62,297 nt of DNA. Source: a virus (taxonomy: Duplodnaviria; Caudoviricetes). Position 1 is the first letter of the stretch, and each line of letters begins with the position of its first letter. The stretch lies in IMG/VR virus record IMGVR_UViG_3300037493_001386, positions 1 through 62,297 of that record; one strand, given 5' to 3'. A program made the translations under genes and the position numbers. Positions 26,124 through 35,500 of this stretch are shown in pieces. The notes below the pieces were generated by a model. That model made no database searches. It was not told where the DNA came from and worked only from the letters and a program-made list of their open reading frames with translations.

Positions 26124-28033
26124 TGGCACTTTCAATTGAGGAGGTAAATAAATTAGTTAATCGTTTTGCCAGTAAACACAAGGCATTCGAAAGTGATAAA
26201 TCAAGATCACAAATTAATCCTATCTCAAAACGTAGAATTGGAATGTACCAGTATCCTGAGTATTGGGATGGCTACAACTTTTCTGCTATGATGTATGATA
26301 GTATTTTACCTCACGCAAGAGCAGATGTATATCCTGAGCATATACTATCAGTTAGAAGTCCAAATCAAACTGAGGCTCAGTATGAATACATTAAGGCGAA
26401 TTATAAAGCAACAACATTAAATGTATTTGAAGATTTTAAGGCAACAATTTCTCGTGCTTTTGCGGACCAAAATTGGTCATTAAATATCCGACCTGAAACT
26501 GATGAAAGATTTGGAGAGGATACATTAAGCAAATTTGTAAATGAAGAAATAGAAAAGTTTGGTAGTGTTGAAGCATTTGTAAAGTCTATGCTGCCAACCT
26601 TAAAGTTAATTGATCCTAATGGTATTATTGCAATAGAACCTGAGGACTTTGATATTGAAAAGAATTCAGATACTGAGGAAGTATTAATTAGCAATAATCT
26701 AATTAAGCCAATGCCATCGTATTACAATTGCAAAAAAATTGTTGGGCAAGAATATGGTCAATACTATTTGGTAATTGATGAGGATAAAAGTTATGTAAAG
26801 TCAGGAAGCAAAACAGAAGAATCAGGTATTATATTAGAATTATTTGATGACACTAATATTTGGAGAATAGAGCAAGTAGGAAAGAAATCTGAATTTACTT
26901 TTGGAGAACCAGTTGTTTATTTCCAACACGATTTGGGTTATGTTCCTTGCAGAAAATTAATGGGAACACCATTATTAGTTAATAGCGAATTAGTATTTCA
27001 ATCTCCATTTATAACTGCAGTTCCGTTACTTGACCAAGTTATACTGGATGAAAGTTATTTACAAATGTCAAAAGCCACAAGTGCATTTCCATTTATGGTT
27101 GCTCTTGGAGAAATTTGTGAGTTTGTTGATCGTGAGGGGAACCGATGTGATAACGGGCAAATCTTTGATGCTATTGGTGGAGGATATAGAACTTGCAGTA
27201 GTTGTAATGGTGCTGGAGTAAAGAGTAGATTTTCGCCAACTGGAATGTTATTAGTAAAACCAAAAACTTCTTTAAGTGAAGGTGATGCTGGACTATCAGG
27301 AGAGTATATGAAATTTGTTTCTCCACCAATGGATACTCTTACATTCTTAAGAACTGAGATTAATACTCAGATGGATAAGTCAAGAAACATTTTGCACTTG
27401 CCATCAAGTGATGCATCAGGTACTATTGGCGAGGCTACTACTGCTACTGGATCATTAAATAAAATGAGAGCCTTATATGCTTTTGTTAAGCCAGTATCAG
27501 ACCAATTATTCGGGATGTATGAGTTTATGCTTAACACTATTGGGAAAATGCGTTATGGAGAATACTTTGGCGGTATTACTTTAGTGTATCCGACATCATT
27601 CGACATAAGCACTCCAAGTGATTATCTTGCAGTAATATCTGAGGGCATTAAGGCTGGTGTTCCACCAGCAGTTACATATGCCAATGTTTACAATTATATT
27701 AAAGCCATTAATTATACAGATGATGAAAGTGCTGCGATCTATGAATTAATAATGTCAGCGGATGAACTTCTATTAATGGGTCAGGCAGATATTGTTGCAA
27801 GACTTGGATTAGGTACAATTGAAAAATGGCAAGATGTTTTACATCAATCTGCTCCACAACTTGTAATGGAGTTAATACGTAACTTCATACCTAATGTAGA
27901 CTATGATAACTTTCTTGACCAGCCAATGAAAGAACAAATTATTCAACTTCGGGAAGCAGCGGTAAGTAAAGTTCGTGAGGTATTAGATCCAATACAATTA
28001 GCACAACAAAATCTACTAAGTGGCATCGCTTAA
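26123..28033 (+). CDS. Portal protein with an inserted Cys4 motif
   Basis: 636 aa, first head gene, HDLGYVP motif; C-x9-C...CSSCNGAG insert. Confidence 0.75.
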   Translation: MALSIEEVNKLVNRFASKHKAFESDKSRSQINPISKRRIGMYQYPEYWDGYNFSAMMYDSILPHARADVYPEHILSVRSPNQTEAQYEYIKANYKATTLNVFEDFKATISRAFADQNWSLNIRPETDERFGEDTLSKFVNEEIEKFGSVEAFVKSMLPTLKLIDPNGIIAIEPEDFDIEKNSDTEEVLISNNLIKPMPSYYNCKKIVGQEYGQYYLVIDEDKSYVKSGSKTEESGIILELFDDTNIWRIEQVGKKSEFTFGEPVVYFQHDLGYVPCRKLMGTPLLVNSELVFQSPFITAVPLLDQVILDESYLQMSKATSAFPFMVALGEICEFVDREGNRCDNGQIFDAIGGGYRTCSSCNGAGVKSRFSPTGMLLVKPKTSLSEGDAGLSGEYMKFVSPPMDTLTFLRTEINTQMDKSRNILHLPSSDASGTIGEATTATGSLNKMRALYAFVKPVSDQLFGMYEFMLNTIGKMRYGEYFGGITLVYPTSFDISTPSDYLAVISEGIKAGVPPAVTYANVYNYIKAINYTDDESAAIYELIMSADELLLMGQADIVARLGLGTIEKWQDVLHQSAPQLVMELIRNFIPNVDYDNFLDQPMKEQIIQLREAAVSKVREVLDPIQLAQQNLLSGIA

Positions 28034-28934
28034 AGATATAGTAAAAGAGAAAATAAAACTCTTTGATTCGACACCTGAAAGGATGGCAACATCTGCAGAA
28101 AAGGTGCAATTAAAAATATGGAAAGAATTACTGCCAGTAATTAATGAACTTGAAGTAGATGCTACTGGTAATATTATTCAAAGTGATAATAATGTTGCAA
28201 GAATTGGAATCATTGCCGATACATTAAATGAAGTTCTTGCTGGTAAAGAATATCAATCAGTTATAAAAACATTTCTAAATTCTATTGATGAAGGAGTTGT
28301 ATTGACAAATGAGGTTGCTAAAAAATTTGATGCTGGATTCGAACCAACTGCAGCGCAAACTAAATTACTTCAAATATCAAAAACAAATGCCATTGATAAT
28401 TTTATTGGAAGTGGATTAAAGAATAATGTAACTCAGCCATTTCTTGAACAATTAGTTACTAATGTTTCTGCTCGTGCTCCATTATCAGAAACCATAAAAT
28501 CATTGCAAGGAGTTATCATAGGCAATGACAAATTAGAAGGAAATTTACTCCGACATATTAAGACTACTGCATTAACTGCTCAGGCGGTTGCAGATAGGTC
28601 TTACTCCTCCGCTATTAACGAAACTATTGGTGCGGTATACTATGAGTATTTAGGCGGTGAAATACCAACAACAAGACCTTTCTGCCAACATCGTGAGGGT
28701 GAAGTATTCCATAAAGAAGAAATAGAACAATGGGGAAAAGGGAATAATTCAGGTGGCATTAATGATATTGTTGATGGTACTTGGGCTGGTCGAATAGATG
28801 GTACGGATTCAAAATCTATTTTCACATTTGTTGGTGGCTGGAATTGCCGACATTATTTGATCCCAATAGAAAGTGATTTTGTAGATCCAACAGTTAAAGC
28901 AAGAGCAAAAGCAGAAGGTTTTAATCCAATATAA
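28020..28934 (+). CDS. Minor head morphogenesis protein (MuF/SPP1 gp7-like)
   Basis: Y.G....TRPFC...GEVF and GGWNCRH motifs, downstream of the portal. Confidence 0.8.
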   Translation: MASLKDIVKEKIKLFDSTPERMATSAEKVQLKIWKELLPVINELEVDATGNIIQSDNNVARIGIIADTLNEVLAGKEYQSVIKTFLNSIDEGVVLTNEVAKKFDAGFEPTAAQTKLLQISKTNAIDNFIGSGLKNNVTQPFLEQLVTNVSARAPLSETIKSLQGVIIGNDKLEGNLLRHIKTTALTAQAVADRSYSSAINETIGAVYYEYLGGEIPTTRPFCQHREGEVFHKEEIEQWGKGNNSGGINDIVDGTWAGRIDGTDSKSIFTFVGGWNCRHYLIPIESDFVDPTVKARAKAEGFNPI

Positions 28935-28963
28935 CGTAATCAAAAAATTATTATCTTTGACTT

Positions 28964-29188
28964 ATGAATATAATCGTGATGCCTGATGGAGACATTAAGG
29001 CGGTATCTAATATGGTTGCAGAACTACTGGTAATAAATGGTGGTCGCATTGTAAAACTTAAACCAATTGAACTAAATATAAATAATAATGAAAGAAGCAG
29101 AAGCACTGGAACTGGTCAAGTTCCTAAACCTCGAAAGCGCAGAATCAATAGAAGAAGCGAAGGAAAAGTTTACTCAACATTGGATTAA
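28964..29188 (+). CDS. Small hypothetical protein
   Basis: Follows a TATCTTTG promoter-like site; 3' half overlaps the scaffold gene. Confidence 0.45.
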   Translation: MNIIVMPDGDIKAVSNMVAELLVINGGRIVKLKPIELNINNNERSRSTGTGQVPKPRKRRINRRSEGKVYSTLD

Positions 29189-29903
29189 AGCGGAAGAACT
29201 ATCTTCTAAAATTGGAAGGGTTACTGGAAGCATTACTAATGTTGCAAGAAAAGCATTCGAACCATTTGGCATTGTACTTACAGAAGAAGACTTTAAGGAT
29301 AAGAAAGTTGAAGAAGTAATTCGCAGCGCATCAGAAAGAGCAAAAGAATCATTTGAAACACAAAAAGATGAGTGGGAAAAACGTGCATCAGGAAATGGCT
29401 CAGAAACATTGATCAAAGAATGGGAGTCAAAATACAAATCACTTGAGAAAAAACATAATGAAGTGGATTCTGCAAGGCAAGATGTAATGGCTCAATTTGA
29501 TAAGTATAAGGAAAAGGTAAAAGAGGAATCTAAGATTAATAACATTAATAACATATTTGAAAAAGAGTTAACTGCTATTAAAATTGATCCATCAGTTTCC
29601 GATATTACTATAAGAGGATTTAAATCTGTTATTGCAGAAAAATATATTTTTGATATTGAAGAAGATGGCAATGCAATAGTGAAAGACAAGAAAAGTGGCG
29701 AGAGATTAAAGTCATCTGCAAAGGCTGGTTCGTTTTTAGGTATTAATGATATCCTATTAAAAGAAGCAACTGATGCTGGTATTATTCAAAAGAATGTGCA
29801 TCAAGGAAAACCAATTAATCAAAGAGGTGCTTACATTCCAGCCATCGAACCGATACAAAACAATAAAGTAAAATCTATTAATCCTCGTTTTTTCGGAGTT
29901 TAA
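29088..29903 (+). CDS. Capsid scaffolding protein
   Basis: Charged coiled-coil protein upstream of the MCP. Confidence 0.7.
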   Translation: MKEAEALELVKFLNLESAESIEEAKEKFTQHWIKAEELSSKIGRVTGSITNVARKAFEPFGIVLTEEDFKDKKVEEVIRSASERAKESFETQKDEWEKRASGNGSETLIKEWESKYKSLEKKHNEVDSARQDVMAQFDKYKEKVKEESKINNINNIFEKELTAIKIDPSVSDITIRGFKSVIAEKYIFDIEEDGNAIVKDKKSGERLKSSAKAGSFLGINDILLKEATDAGIIQKNVHQGKPINQRGAYIPAIEPIQNNKVKSINPRFFGV

Positions 29904-29966
29904 ATAATATATATTTGCATTGTTCATCGGTTTGCTTTTTATGCGAAAGTAGATTTGTATTAATTC

Positions 29967-29997
29967 TAAAAAAGGCAGCAGCAATGTTGCCTTTTTT
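29967..29997 (+). terminator. Intrinsic terminator, possibly bidirectional
   Basis: AAAAAAGGCAGCA-gcaa-TGTTGCCTTTTTT. Confidence 0.7.
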
Positions 29998-30005
29998 ATT
30001 TAAAA

Positions 30006-30124
30006 TATATTTGTAAATTAGCATCGCAAAAAGACAAGTAGTCAATCGTGACTCTAACACGATAAAAGTAGGTAGAACTCTCAACCTTTTAATGAGAATT
30101 AAACTAACTATTAAATCGACTAAA
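30006..30124 (+). promoter_or_regulatory. MCP promoter and structured leader
   Basis: TATATTTG at 30006; ATCGTG/CACGAT hairpin; GTAGGT...CAACCT motif. Confidence 0.6.
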
Positions 30125-31174
30125 ATGTCAATTTCTCGTATACTATCCGAATGCCCTAATATTCAGGCTCCGCTTGGACAACTTTTTATTGAAGTTGGAC
30201 AACGTGAATCTCTCCCATTTCTTGAGTATTTAAATTCTCCTGAAAATGTTAAATTAATTCGTCAACAAGTATCGCCCGGTGGTGGTAAATTAAGAACAGT
30301 TGAAGCACGTTGGATTCAACGCTTACCTGAAACAGAAGTAGAAGAAGGCGCAGACATTATGAATTGTTCTGCAACTAATATTTACGGAGATACAACAACT
30401 ACTTATACTCTTGAAACAACTGATACTTATCAGGCATCGCAGTTAATTACTGCAACTGATATTGCTCGTCATTGTCAAGATAATAATGTTTATTTCCTTG
30501 AATCAGTTATGCGATTAATGGATGTTATTGATCGTAAGGTTGCTTCGGCTGCAGCAACACAAGCGGTTGCTGCAACTGGTGCTTGGGGAACTGATGTAGA
30601 AAACTTCTTTACTATGGATGGCGACTGCATCGAAGTTGCAACTATTGCATCTACTGGTGTTGTTAATGAGTTTGCACTTGCTGATATTACACAAGCAACA
30701 CAAATGGCTTTGTATCCATCTTCACCAATCGCATTCGGTGGTGCTGCAATGCAACGCTATGCAAATGCAGTTAAGGCTGGTTGCTGCACACAAAACGGAA
30801 TTGATTTGTTGGCTATTTCTCAACAAAATGGTTTCGGGTTTGCTTATGATTCTCGTGTTGCTGCTGCTCAAGGTGATCAAACTCACGCTTTGGTAACAAC
30901 TGCTGGAGCAATCCAATGGTTATCATACAATTTGGCTGAGTGGAATTCTAACTTTACTCCAACCGTTGGTGCTGGATATGCAAGAACAATTGCATTTACT
31001 CCATCAGGTGTGCCAGTAGATTTAACATTAAAAGATGATTGCGGAAATCTATCTGTTATTTTAACTGCAACTGGTAAGATTGTTACTTTGCCGACTGATA
31101 TCTATGAGGCTGGAGATAAACTTTCAGGTGTTAACTATGTGAATTGTGTATCAATTGTAAATGTAAACCCATAG
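30125..31174 (+). CDS. Major capsid protein
   Basis: About 350 aa after the scaffold, with its own promoter and terminator; likely start ATG 30125. Confidence 0.8.
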   Translation: MSISRILSECPNIQAPLGQLFIEVGQRESLPFLEYLNSPENVKLIRQQVSPGGGKLRTVEARWIQRLPETEVEEGADIMNCSATNIYGDTTTTYTLETTDTYQASQLITATDIARHCQDNNVYFLESVMRLMDVIDRKVASAAATQAVAATGAWGTDVENFFTMDGDCIEVATIASTGVVNEFALADITQATQMALYPSSPIAFGGAAMQRYANAVKAGCCTQNGIDLLAISQQNGFGFAYDSRVAAAQGDQTHALVTTAGAIQWLSYNLAEWNSNFTPTVGAGYARTIAFTPSGVPVDLTLKDDCGNLSVILTATGKIVTLPTDIYEAGDKLSGVNYVNCVSIVNVNP

Positions 31175-31251
31175 ATAACCCACAATTTCTACTGAGTCAG
31201 GACTCGGATGAATTGTTGGGTCAAAATGGTGACAATTTACTATCACAATAA
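31165..31251 (+). CDS. Putative -1 frameshift C-terminal extension of the MCP (IDNPQFLLSQDSDELLGQNGDNLLSQ)
   Basis: A AAC CCA heptamer immediately before TAG; -1 frame open until TAA just before the terminator; peptide resembles the tail-protein C-termini. Confidence 0.65.
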   Translation, partial: KPIDNPQFLLSQDSDELLGQNGDNLLSQ

Positions 31252-31257
31252 ATTGAG

Positions 31258-31286
31258 GGGAAGGTGATTAATGCCTTCCCTTTTTT
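31258..31286 (+). terminator. Intrinsic terminator
   Basis: GGGAAGG...CCTTCCC-TTTTTT. Confidence 0.8.
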
Positions 31287-31308
31287 ATAACTTTAGAAAA
31301 AAGAAATT

Positions 31309-32355
31309 ATGTGCTTTGAAAAACTACTTGGTTTGAAAGGCTGCCAATTATCAGAGCCGACTACTGGTTTATTTATTGATGATTTAGGCATTAATACCAC
31401 ATTACTCGCACAATTAATTACGGACCAATACAATACTGGTATAGAATTATTTGAAGCAAAGAGAGCGTTTGCGTGGCGCAAATTATCAAGTGATATCCTA
31501 AGTAGGTTACAACCTACGATGACGGCAGACACGATAATAGAGAATAAGAGGATAGGTCAGGTATTAACTAATGCATCTAACATAGACCTTGCACTTGGTG
31601 CTGGAAGATATGCTGGTATCAGAATTAAAGTTGATCCTAATAATACGTCATTCTTAAACTTCTATCTAAGTCAATTACAGATTGATATTTACACAATGGC
31701 AACACCAGTTGAGATACTGGTATTTGATATGGCAACCCTTAAATTAATTGATACTTTTGATTATCAATCTGAAGCAGTCGAGGAATTTATTGGCAGAACA
31801 TTTAAAGCGAAAAGAAGAAAATTAGATTTAGCATTTGTTTACGAATCGTTGTGGGATACAACAAAAATGATTACAAAACGAGGTGCTTGTACTGATTGCG
31901 GAGGAAGATTAAAAGAGGCGCACATTTGTCCATTTGTTGATGCTATTGGAATCGAATTAACTACTGATGGATTTAATGTCATTTCATCTATTGCAAAGAA
32001 GTATACTCAGGGAATGTCATTTGTTTACAATATTAATTGTGATCGTGAAAGTTGGCTTTGTTCAATAGGTGGATTGATGGCAATGCCATTGGCATATTCA
32101 ACTGCTATTGAAATATTTAATTATGCATTAACTATATCACCAAACCAAAGAGTAAATACTGCCGTTTCAATTAATAAAGGAAATAAAGTATTTGCAACAT
32201 CAGATGCAACAGAAGGTATTGTTGCTGCAAGGGATATAGCGGTAACAAGATATAATGAAGAACTATCTGCAATGCTAACAAATATGCGATTGCCTGATGA
32301 TAGGCATTGCTTTGATTGCAGAAAGAATTACAAATACGTAACTGCTCTTCCCTGA
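31309..32355 (+). CDS. Cys-rich virion protein (head-tail adaptor candidate)
   Basis: Directly after the MCP; CxxC motifs including terminal CFDC. Confidence 0.55.
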   Translation: MCFEKLLGLKGCQLSEPTTGLFIDDLGINTTLLAQLITDQYNTGIELFEAKRAFAWRKLSSDILSRLQPTMTADTIIENKRIGQVLTNASNIDLALGAGRYAGIRIKVDPNNTSFLNFYLSQLQIDIYTMATPVEILVFDMATLKLIDTFDYQSEAVEEFIGRTFKAKRRKLDLAFVYESLWDTTKMITKRGACTDCGGRLKEAHICPFVDAIGIELTTDGFNVISSIAKKYTQGMSFVYNINCDRESWLCSIGGLMAMPLAYSTAIEIFNYALTISPNQRVNTAVSINKGNKVFATSDATEGIVAARDIAVTRYNEELSAMLTNMRLPDDRHCFDCRKNYKYVTALP

Positions 32356-32936
32356 TGCCAACTATTAAGGAAATAAATATTAAGATGGATGCATTATACA
32401 ATGGCTGGTTAAAAAACTTTCGCCCTTTGTATCGTGCTGGTAATAATCTTAAAAGAGTTATGATAAAAAGAATATTTGGAAAAGGCTCAAGTGGTGGCTA
32501 TAATTCAGAAATGAAAAAGTTACCTACTCGTCCATATTCAACCAAAGCAATTTACGTAAGTGCAAATTCTTTAAGGAGTGCTCCAGCATCATTTAAATTT
32601 GGAAAACCTACTACTGATAGCAAAGGTAAAACAAAGAAAGGAAAGCCAATTAAATCATTGTATTTTCCGCAAGGATATGCTCAGTTAAAAACAAAGACTT
32701 CCGCTAAATTGCCACTTCAATTAACTGGAAATTTATTTGGTGCATTTGTTAAGTCAGGACAAAGTAATGATGGATTAAGTTGGGAATTAGATATAGATGA
32801 AAGTCAGGATGGAAAGATAGACGGCCTTGAAAGAAAATATGGATTTATATTTCAACCTACTGATGAGGAAGAAAAACAGTTTTTATTACTTCACGGACAA
32901 TATGTTGTTGAGCAAATAAACGATATGCTAAAATGA
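32355..32936 (+). CDS. Basic neck/tail-completion protein candidate
   Basis: Lys-rich, LQLTGNL motif; TGATG coupling suggests start at 32355. Confidence 0.55.
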   Translation: MPTIKEINIKMDALYNGWLKNFRPLYRAGNNLKRVMIKRIFGKGSSGGYNSEMKKLPTRPYSTKAIYVSANSLRSAPASFKFGKPTTDSKGKTKKGKPIKSLYFPQGYAQLKTKTSAKLPLQLTGNLFGAFVKSGQSNDGLSWELDIDESQDGKIDGLERKYGFIFQPTDEEEKQFLLLHGQYVVEQINDMLK

Positions 32937-33478
32937 ACATTCTAAAAACAATTATTGATAGGTTAAACGAACGTTTAATTCTTAAAAATATCTTTGATCA
33001 AGTGTATCCGCTATGCGAACAGAATGAGAATGGAAACGATAAGGCTTGGGTCCATTATATTGGAAATGGTCAGGCGGAAGTGGTAACTAATTTTGATTCT
33101 AATAATGCAACATTATTTTGGGCGAAAAGTAGCAGAGTAAATATATTTAAATCTGATAATATAAAAGCAAGAAGTTGTGATATAGTTTACCAAACTACAT
33201 TTCCATTGACTGCATATATTGTAATTAAAAAAAGTTATTGTCCTTGCGATGATTCATATATTGATGACTGGATTGCATCACAAGTTATTAATGCAATTGC
33301 TGGTTTTGATACTGAATTAAAAGACCAATTAAATCTTATTACATTTGAGGTAATACCTAAGTCATATGATACTGAAAATAAGACATTGCCCAATAACTAT
33401 GAGTATGCTACATTGACAATTGATTTTGATGTGACATTCCAAATAACTACAAACAATCCTTGTTTTACATATTGCTAA
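32933..33478 (+). CDS. Tail terminator-like protein candidate
   Basis: Position, size and C-terminal TIDFDVTF strand. Confidence 0.45.
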   Translation: MNILKTIIDRLNERLILKNIFDQVYPLCEQNENGNDKAWVHYIGNGQAEVVTNFDSNNATLFWAKSSRVNIFKSDNIKARSCDIVYQTTFPLTAYIVIKKSYCPCDDSYIDDWIASQVINAIAGFDTELKDQLNLITFEVIPKSYDTENKTLPNNYEYATLTIDFDVTFQITTNNPCFTYC

Positions 33479-33497
33479 CAATTAAAAACTAAAGAAA

Positions 33498-34322
33498 ATG
33501 GCTGGAATTAAAATTACCGAATTGCCCGTTTCGGGAAGTCTTGAAAAAACAGATTTAACTTATGTTGTAGATGTAAGTACAGATACATCAAAACAAGCCA
33601 CAATACAAAATGTTATTGATGCAGTTGACCAAGTAGGTATTACTGATGTAGATGGCTATGCAGTTTTACAAGCAATTGATTCATTTGGGTTAAAAGTTAA
33701 AAGTGATAATGCAGCATTTCAAGGCATTTATTATAATGAAGATAATTCTGCTAACTATACAGATAATTCTTTAATTGCAAGAAAGGATGCTCCAAAAGTT
33801 TTGCAGTTTGCAAATACACCTTGCGATGAGGGAGAAAATCCAACAAGGGTAGGAGATATTTATATAGATTCTTTGAACAACAAAGTATACTTGGCATCAA
33901 ACATTAATACTTGTACCGATTGGGTAAAAATAGAATCTATTGAAAGTAGCACTTATAACCCATCGGTAATTCTACCATCAGTAAATCAGATAATAAGTTT
34001 TATAGGGGCTGCTATTTATACAAGAGTAGGAGATATAGTGTCTTGTAAAATACGATTATCATTAACATTTGGAGGTGTTTCGGGACATAATTATAATTTC
34101 TATGTTAGTTTACCAATACCTCCAACAAATCCATTTGGGATTAATACACAAGTTTTAGGTAGTGTAATACCTTTTGGGAATGTAACATTATGGCATAAAG
34201 TAAATCATACATCAATAATTGCAAATGTGCTTAATGATTATGCTGAAATTGATGTAGAGGTTGATAATTCTATGAATGGGGTTTGCCAATTTGTACTTGA
34301 CTTTTCATACCTTGTTCAGTAA
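33498..34322 (+). CDS. Fibre/spike protein
   Basis: N-terminal KITELP...VVD...K.T motif; YTRVGDIV...SLPIP fibre-tip-like motif. Confidence 0.7.
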   Translation: MAGIKITELPVSGSLEKTDLTYVVDVSTDTSKQATIQNVIDAVDQVGITDVDGYAVLQAIDSFGLKVKSDNAAFQGIYYNEDNSANYTDNSLIARKDAPKVLQFANTPCDEGENPTRVGDIYIDSLNNKVYLASNINTCTDWVKIESIESSTYNPSVILPSVNQIISFIGAAIYTRVGDIVSCKIRLSLTFGGVSGHNYNFYVSLPIPPTNPFGINTQVLGSVIPFGNVTLWHKVNHTSIIANVLNDYAEIDVEVDNSMNGVCQFVLDFSYLVQ

Positions 34323-34780
34323 TGAATATTAGTAAGACTGGAATCCAATTAATTAAAGACTTTGAGGGTCTGCGATTAAATGCCTATAAGTGTTCGGCTG
34401 GTGTTGCAACAATTGGCTATGGAAGTTGCTTCTATCCTGATAAATCCAATGTAAAAATGGGAGATGTTTTGCGAGATAAAAATGAAGCAGAGTTATTATT
34501 AATTAATACTCTTAAAGACTACGATATATATGTTAGCAAGTACACTAAATCAGTTAATTTAACCCAATACCAATTTGATGCATTGGTGTCTTTTGCTTTT
34601 AATGTTGGATTAGGTAACCTTAGCAAGTCAACTTTGCTAAAAATGGTACTTAGCAACCCCAATGATAAAAATATACCAGCAGAGTTCGCCAAATGGAATA
34701 AAGGAGGTGGTAAAGTATTAACTGGATTAGTAAAAAGAAGGGCAAAAGAAGCCGAACTATACTTTAAGGTATTCGTATAG
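34322..34780 (+). CDS. Endolysin, GH24 lysozyme
   Basis: IKDFEGLRL.AY.C.AGV.TIGYG, QFDALVSFAFNVG, GLVKRRAKE. Confidence 0.95.
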   Translation: MNISKTGIQLIKDFEGLRLNAYKCSAGVATIGYGSCFYPDKSNVKMGDVLRDKNEAELLLINTLKDYDIYVSKYTKSVNLTQYQFDALVSFAFNVGLGNLSKSTLLKMVLSNPNDKNIPAEFAKWNKGGGKVLTGLVKRRAKEAELYFKVFV

Positions 34781-34785
34781 TTAAT

Positions 34786-34995
34786 ATGGCTATCGATCCA
34801 AAGAAATTCAAACAAATAGCAGATTTACTTATGATATATTGGCACTTAACAATAGGATCGCTGGTGTCTGTTATTGGATTTTGGCTGTTCTTTAGTAAGA
34901 AGATAGATAAGGAATCATTTGCATACATTATTGGAGCAGTAGTTACTTTAAAGTGGGTCTGGAAACCATCAGATAAAGGAGGTAACAATGCATAA
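34786..34995 (+). CDS. Putative holin
   Basis: 69 aa with two hydrophobic segments, next to the endolysin. Confidence 0.6.
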   Translation: MAIDPKKFKQIADLLMIYWHLTIGSLVSVIGFWLFFSKKIDKESFAYIIGAVVTLKWVWKPSDKGGNNA

Positions 34996-35497
34996 TGAAT
35001 TAAGAGATACAATAGTAACACATACATTTGATAGTATTTGTGTTATTGGTGCATCTTGTAAGTTGCACAATCATATTCATCACCAAATTGTCAATAATAA
35101 CCACGAGCTTTTACTGGTAAATACTATTATTGATGATTCAACAATTTATATTTACGAAAATCAATGGGGTCAGGTACTTTATCTTGACGAACAAATCACT
35201 AAATTTGATCCTATAATTGAGATTAATTCTAATTCATTGCCAGTAATACCATTTCGTGCATCAGATACCATTCAACCTTGTGATGCTAAGTGGTTAAATA
35301 AAGGTAAAATGTTAGAATTAAAAGCTTATTCTATACAAAAATGTAATAATAAGATGGCTGAAGACTACTTATATTGTGATTTATCTAATTCAATTGTAAT
35401 GATGCTGATGTTATTTGCTACATCTGTATGGTTATACAATAGCATATTTTATTGGGCGGAAATGATTTCCAAAATAAATAAAATAGTAAAGGATTAA
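34988..35497 (+). CDS. Membrane-anchored hypothetical protein
   Basis: His-rich C...CKLHNHIHH N-terminal patch; C-terminal transmembrane segment. Confidence 0.6.
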   Translation: MHNELRDTIVTHTFDSICVIGASCKLHNHIHHQIVNNNHELLLVNTIIDDSTIYIYENQWGQVLYLDEQITKFDPIIEINSNSLPVIPFRASDTIQPCDAKWLNKGKMLELKAYSIQKCNNKMAEDYLYCDLSNSIVMMLMLFATSVWLYNSIFYWAEMISKINKIVKD

Positions 35498-35500
35498 AAA

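Noticed and set aside
31172-31195. Stop-codon readthrough or +1 shift at the MCP end; alternative genetic code
   Set aside because: In-frame readthrough meets TGA after six codons and the +1 frame stops almost at once. Genes elsewhere are intact under the standard code.
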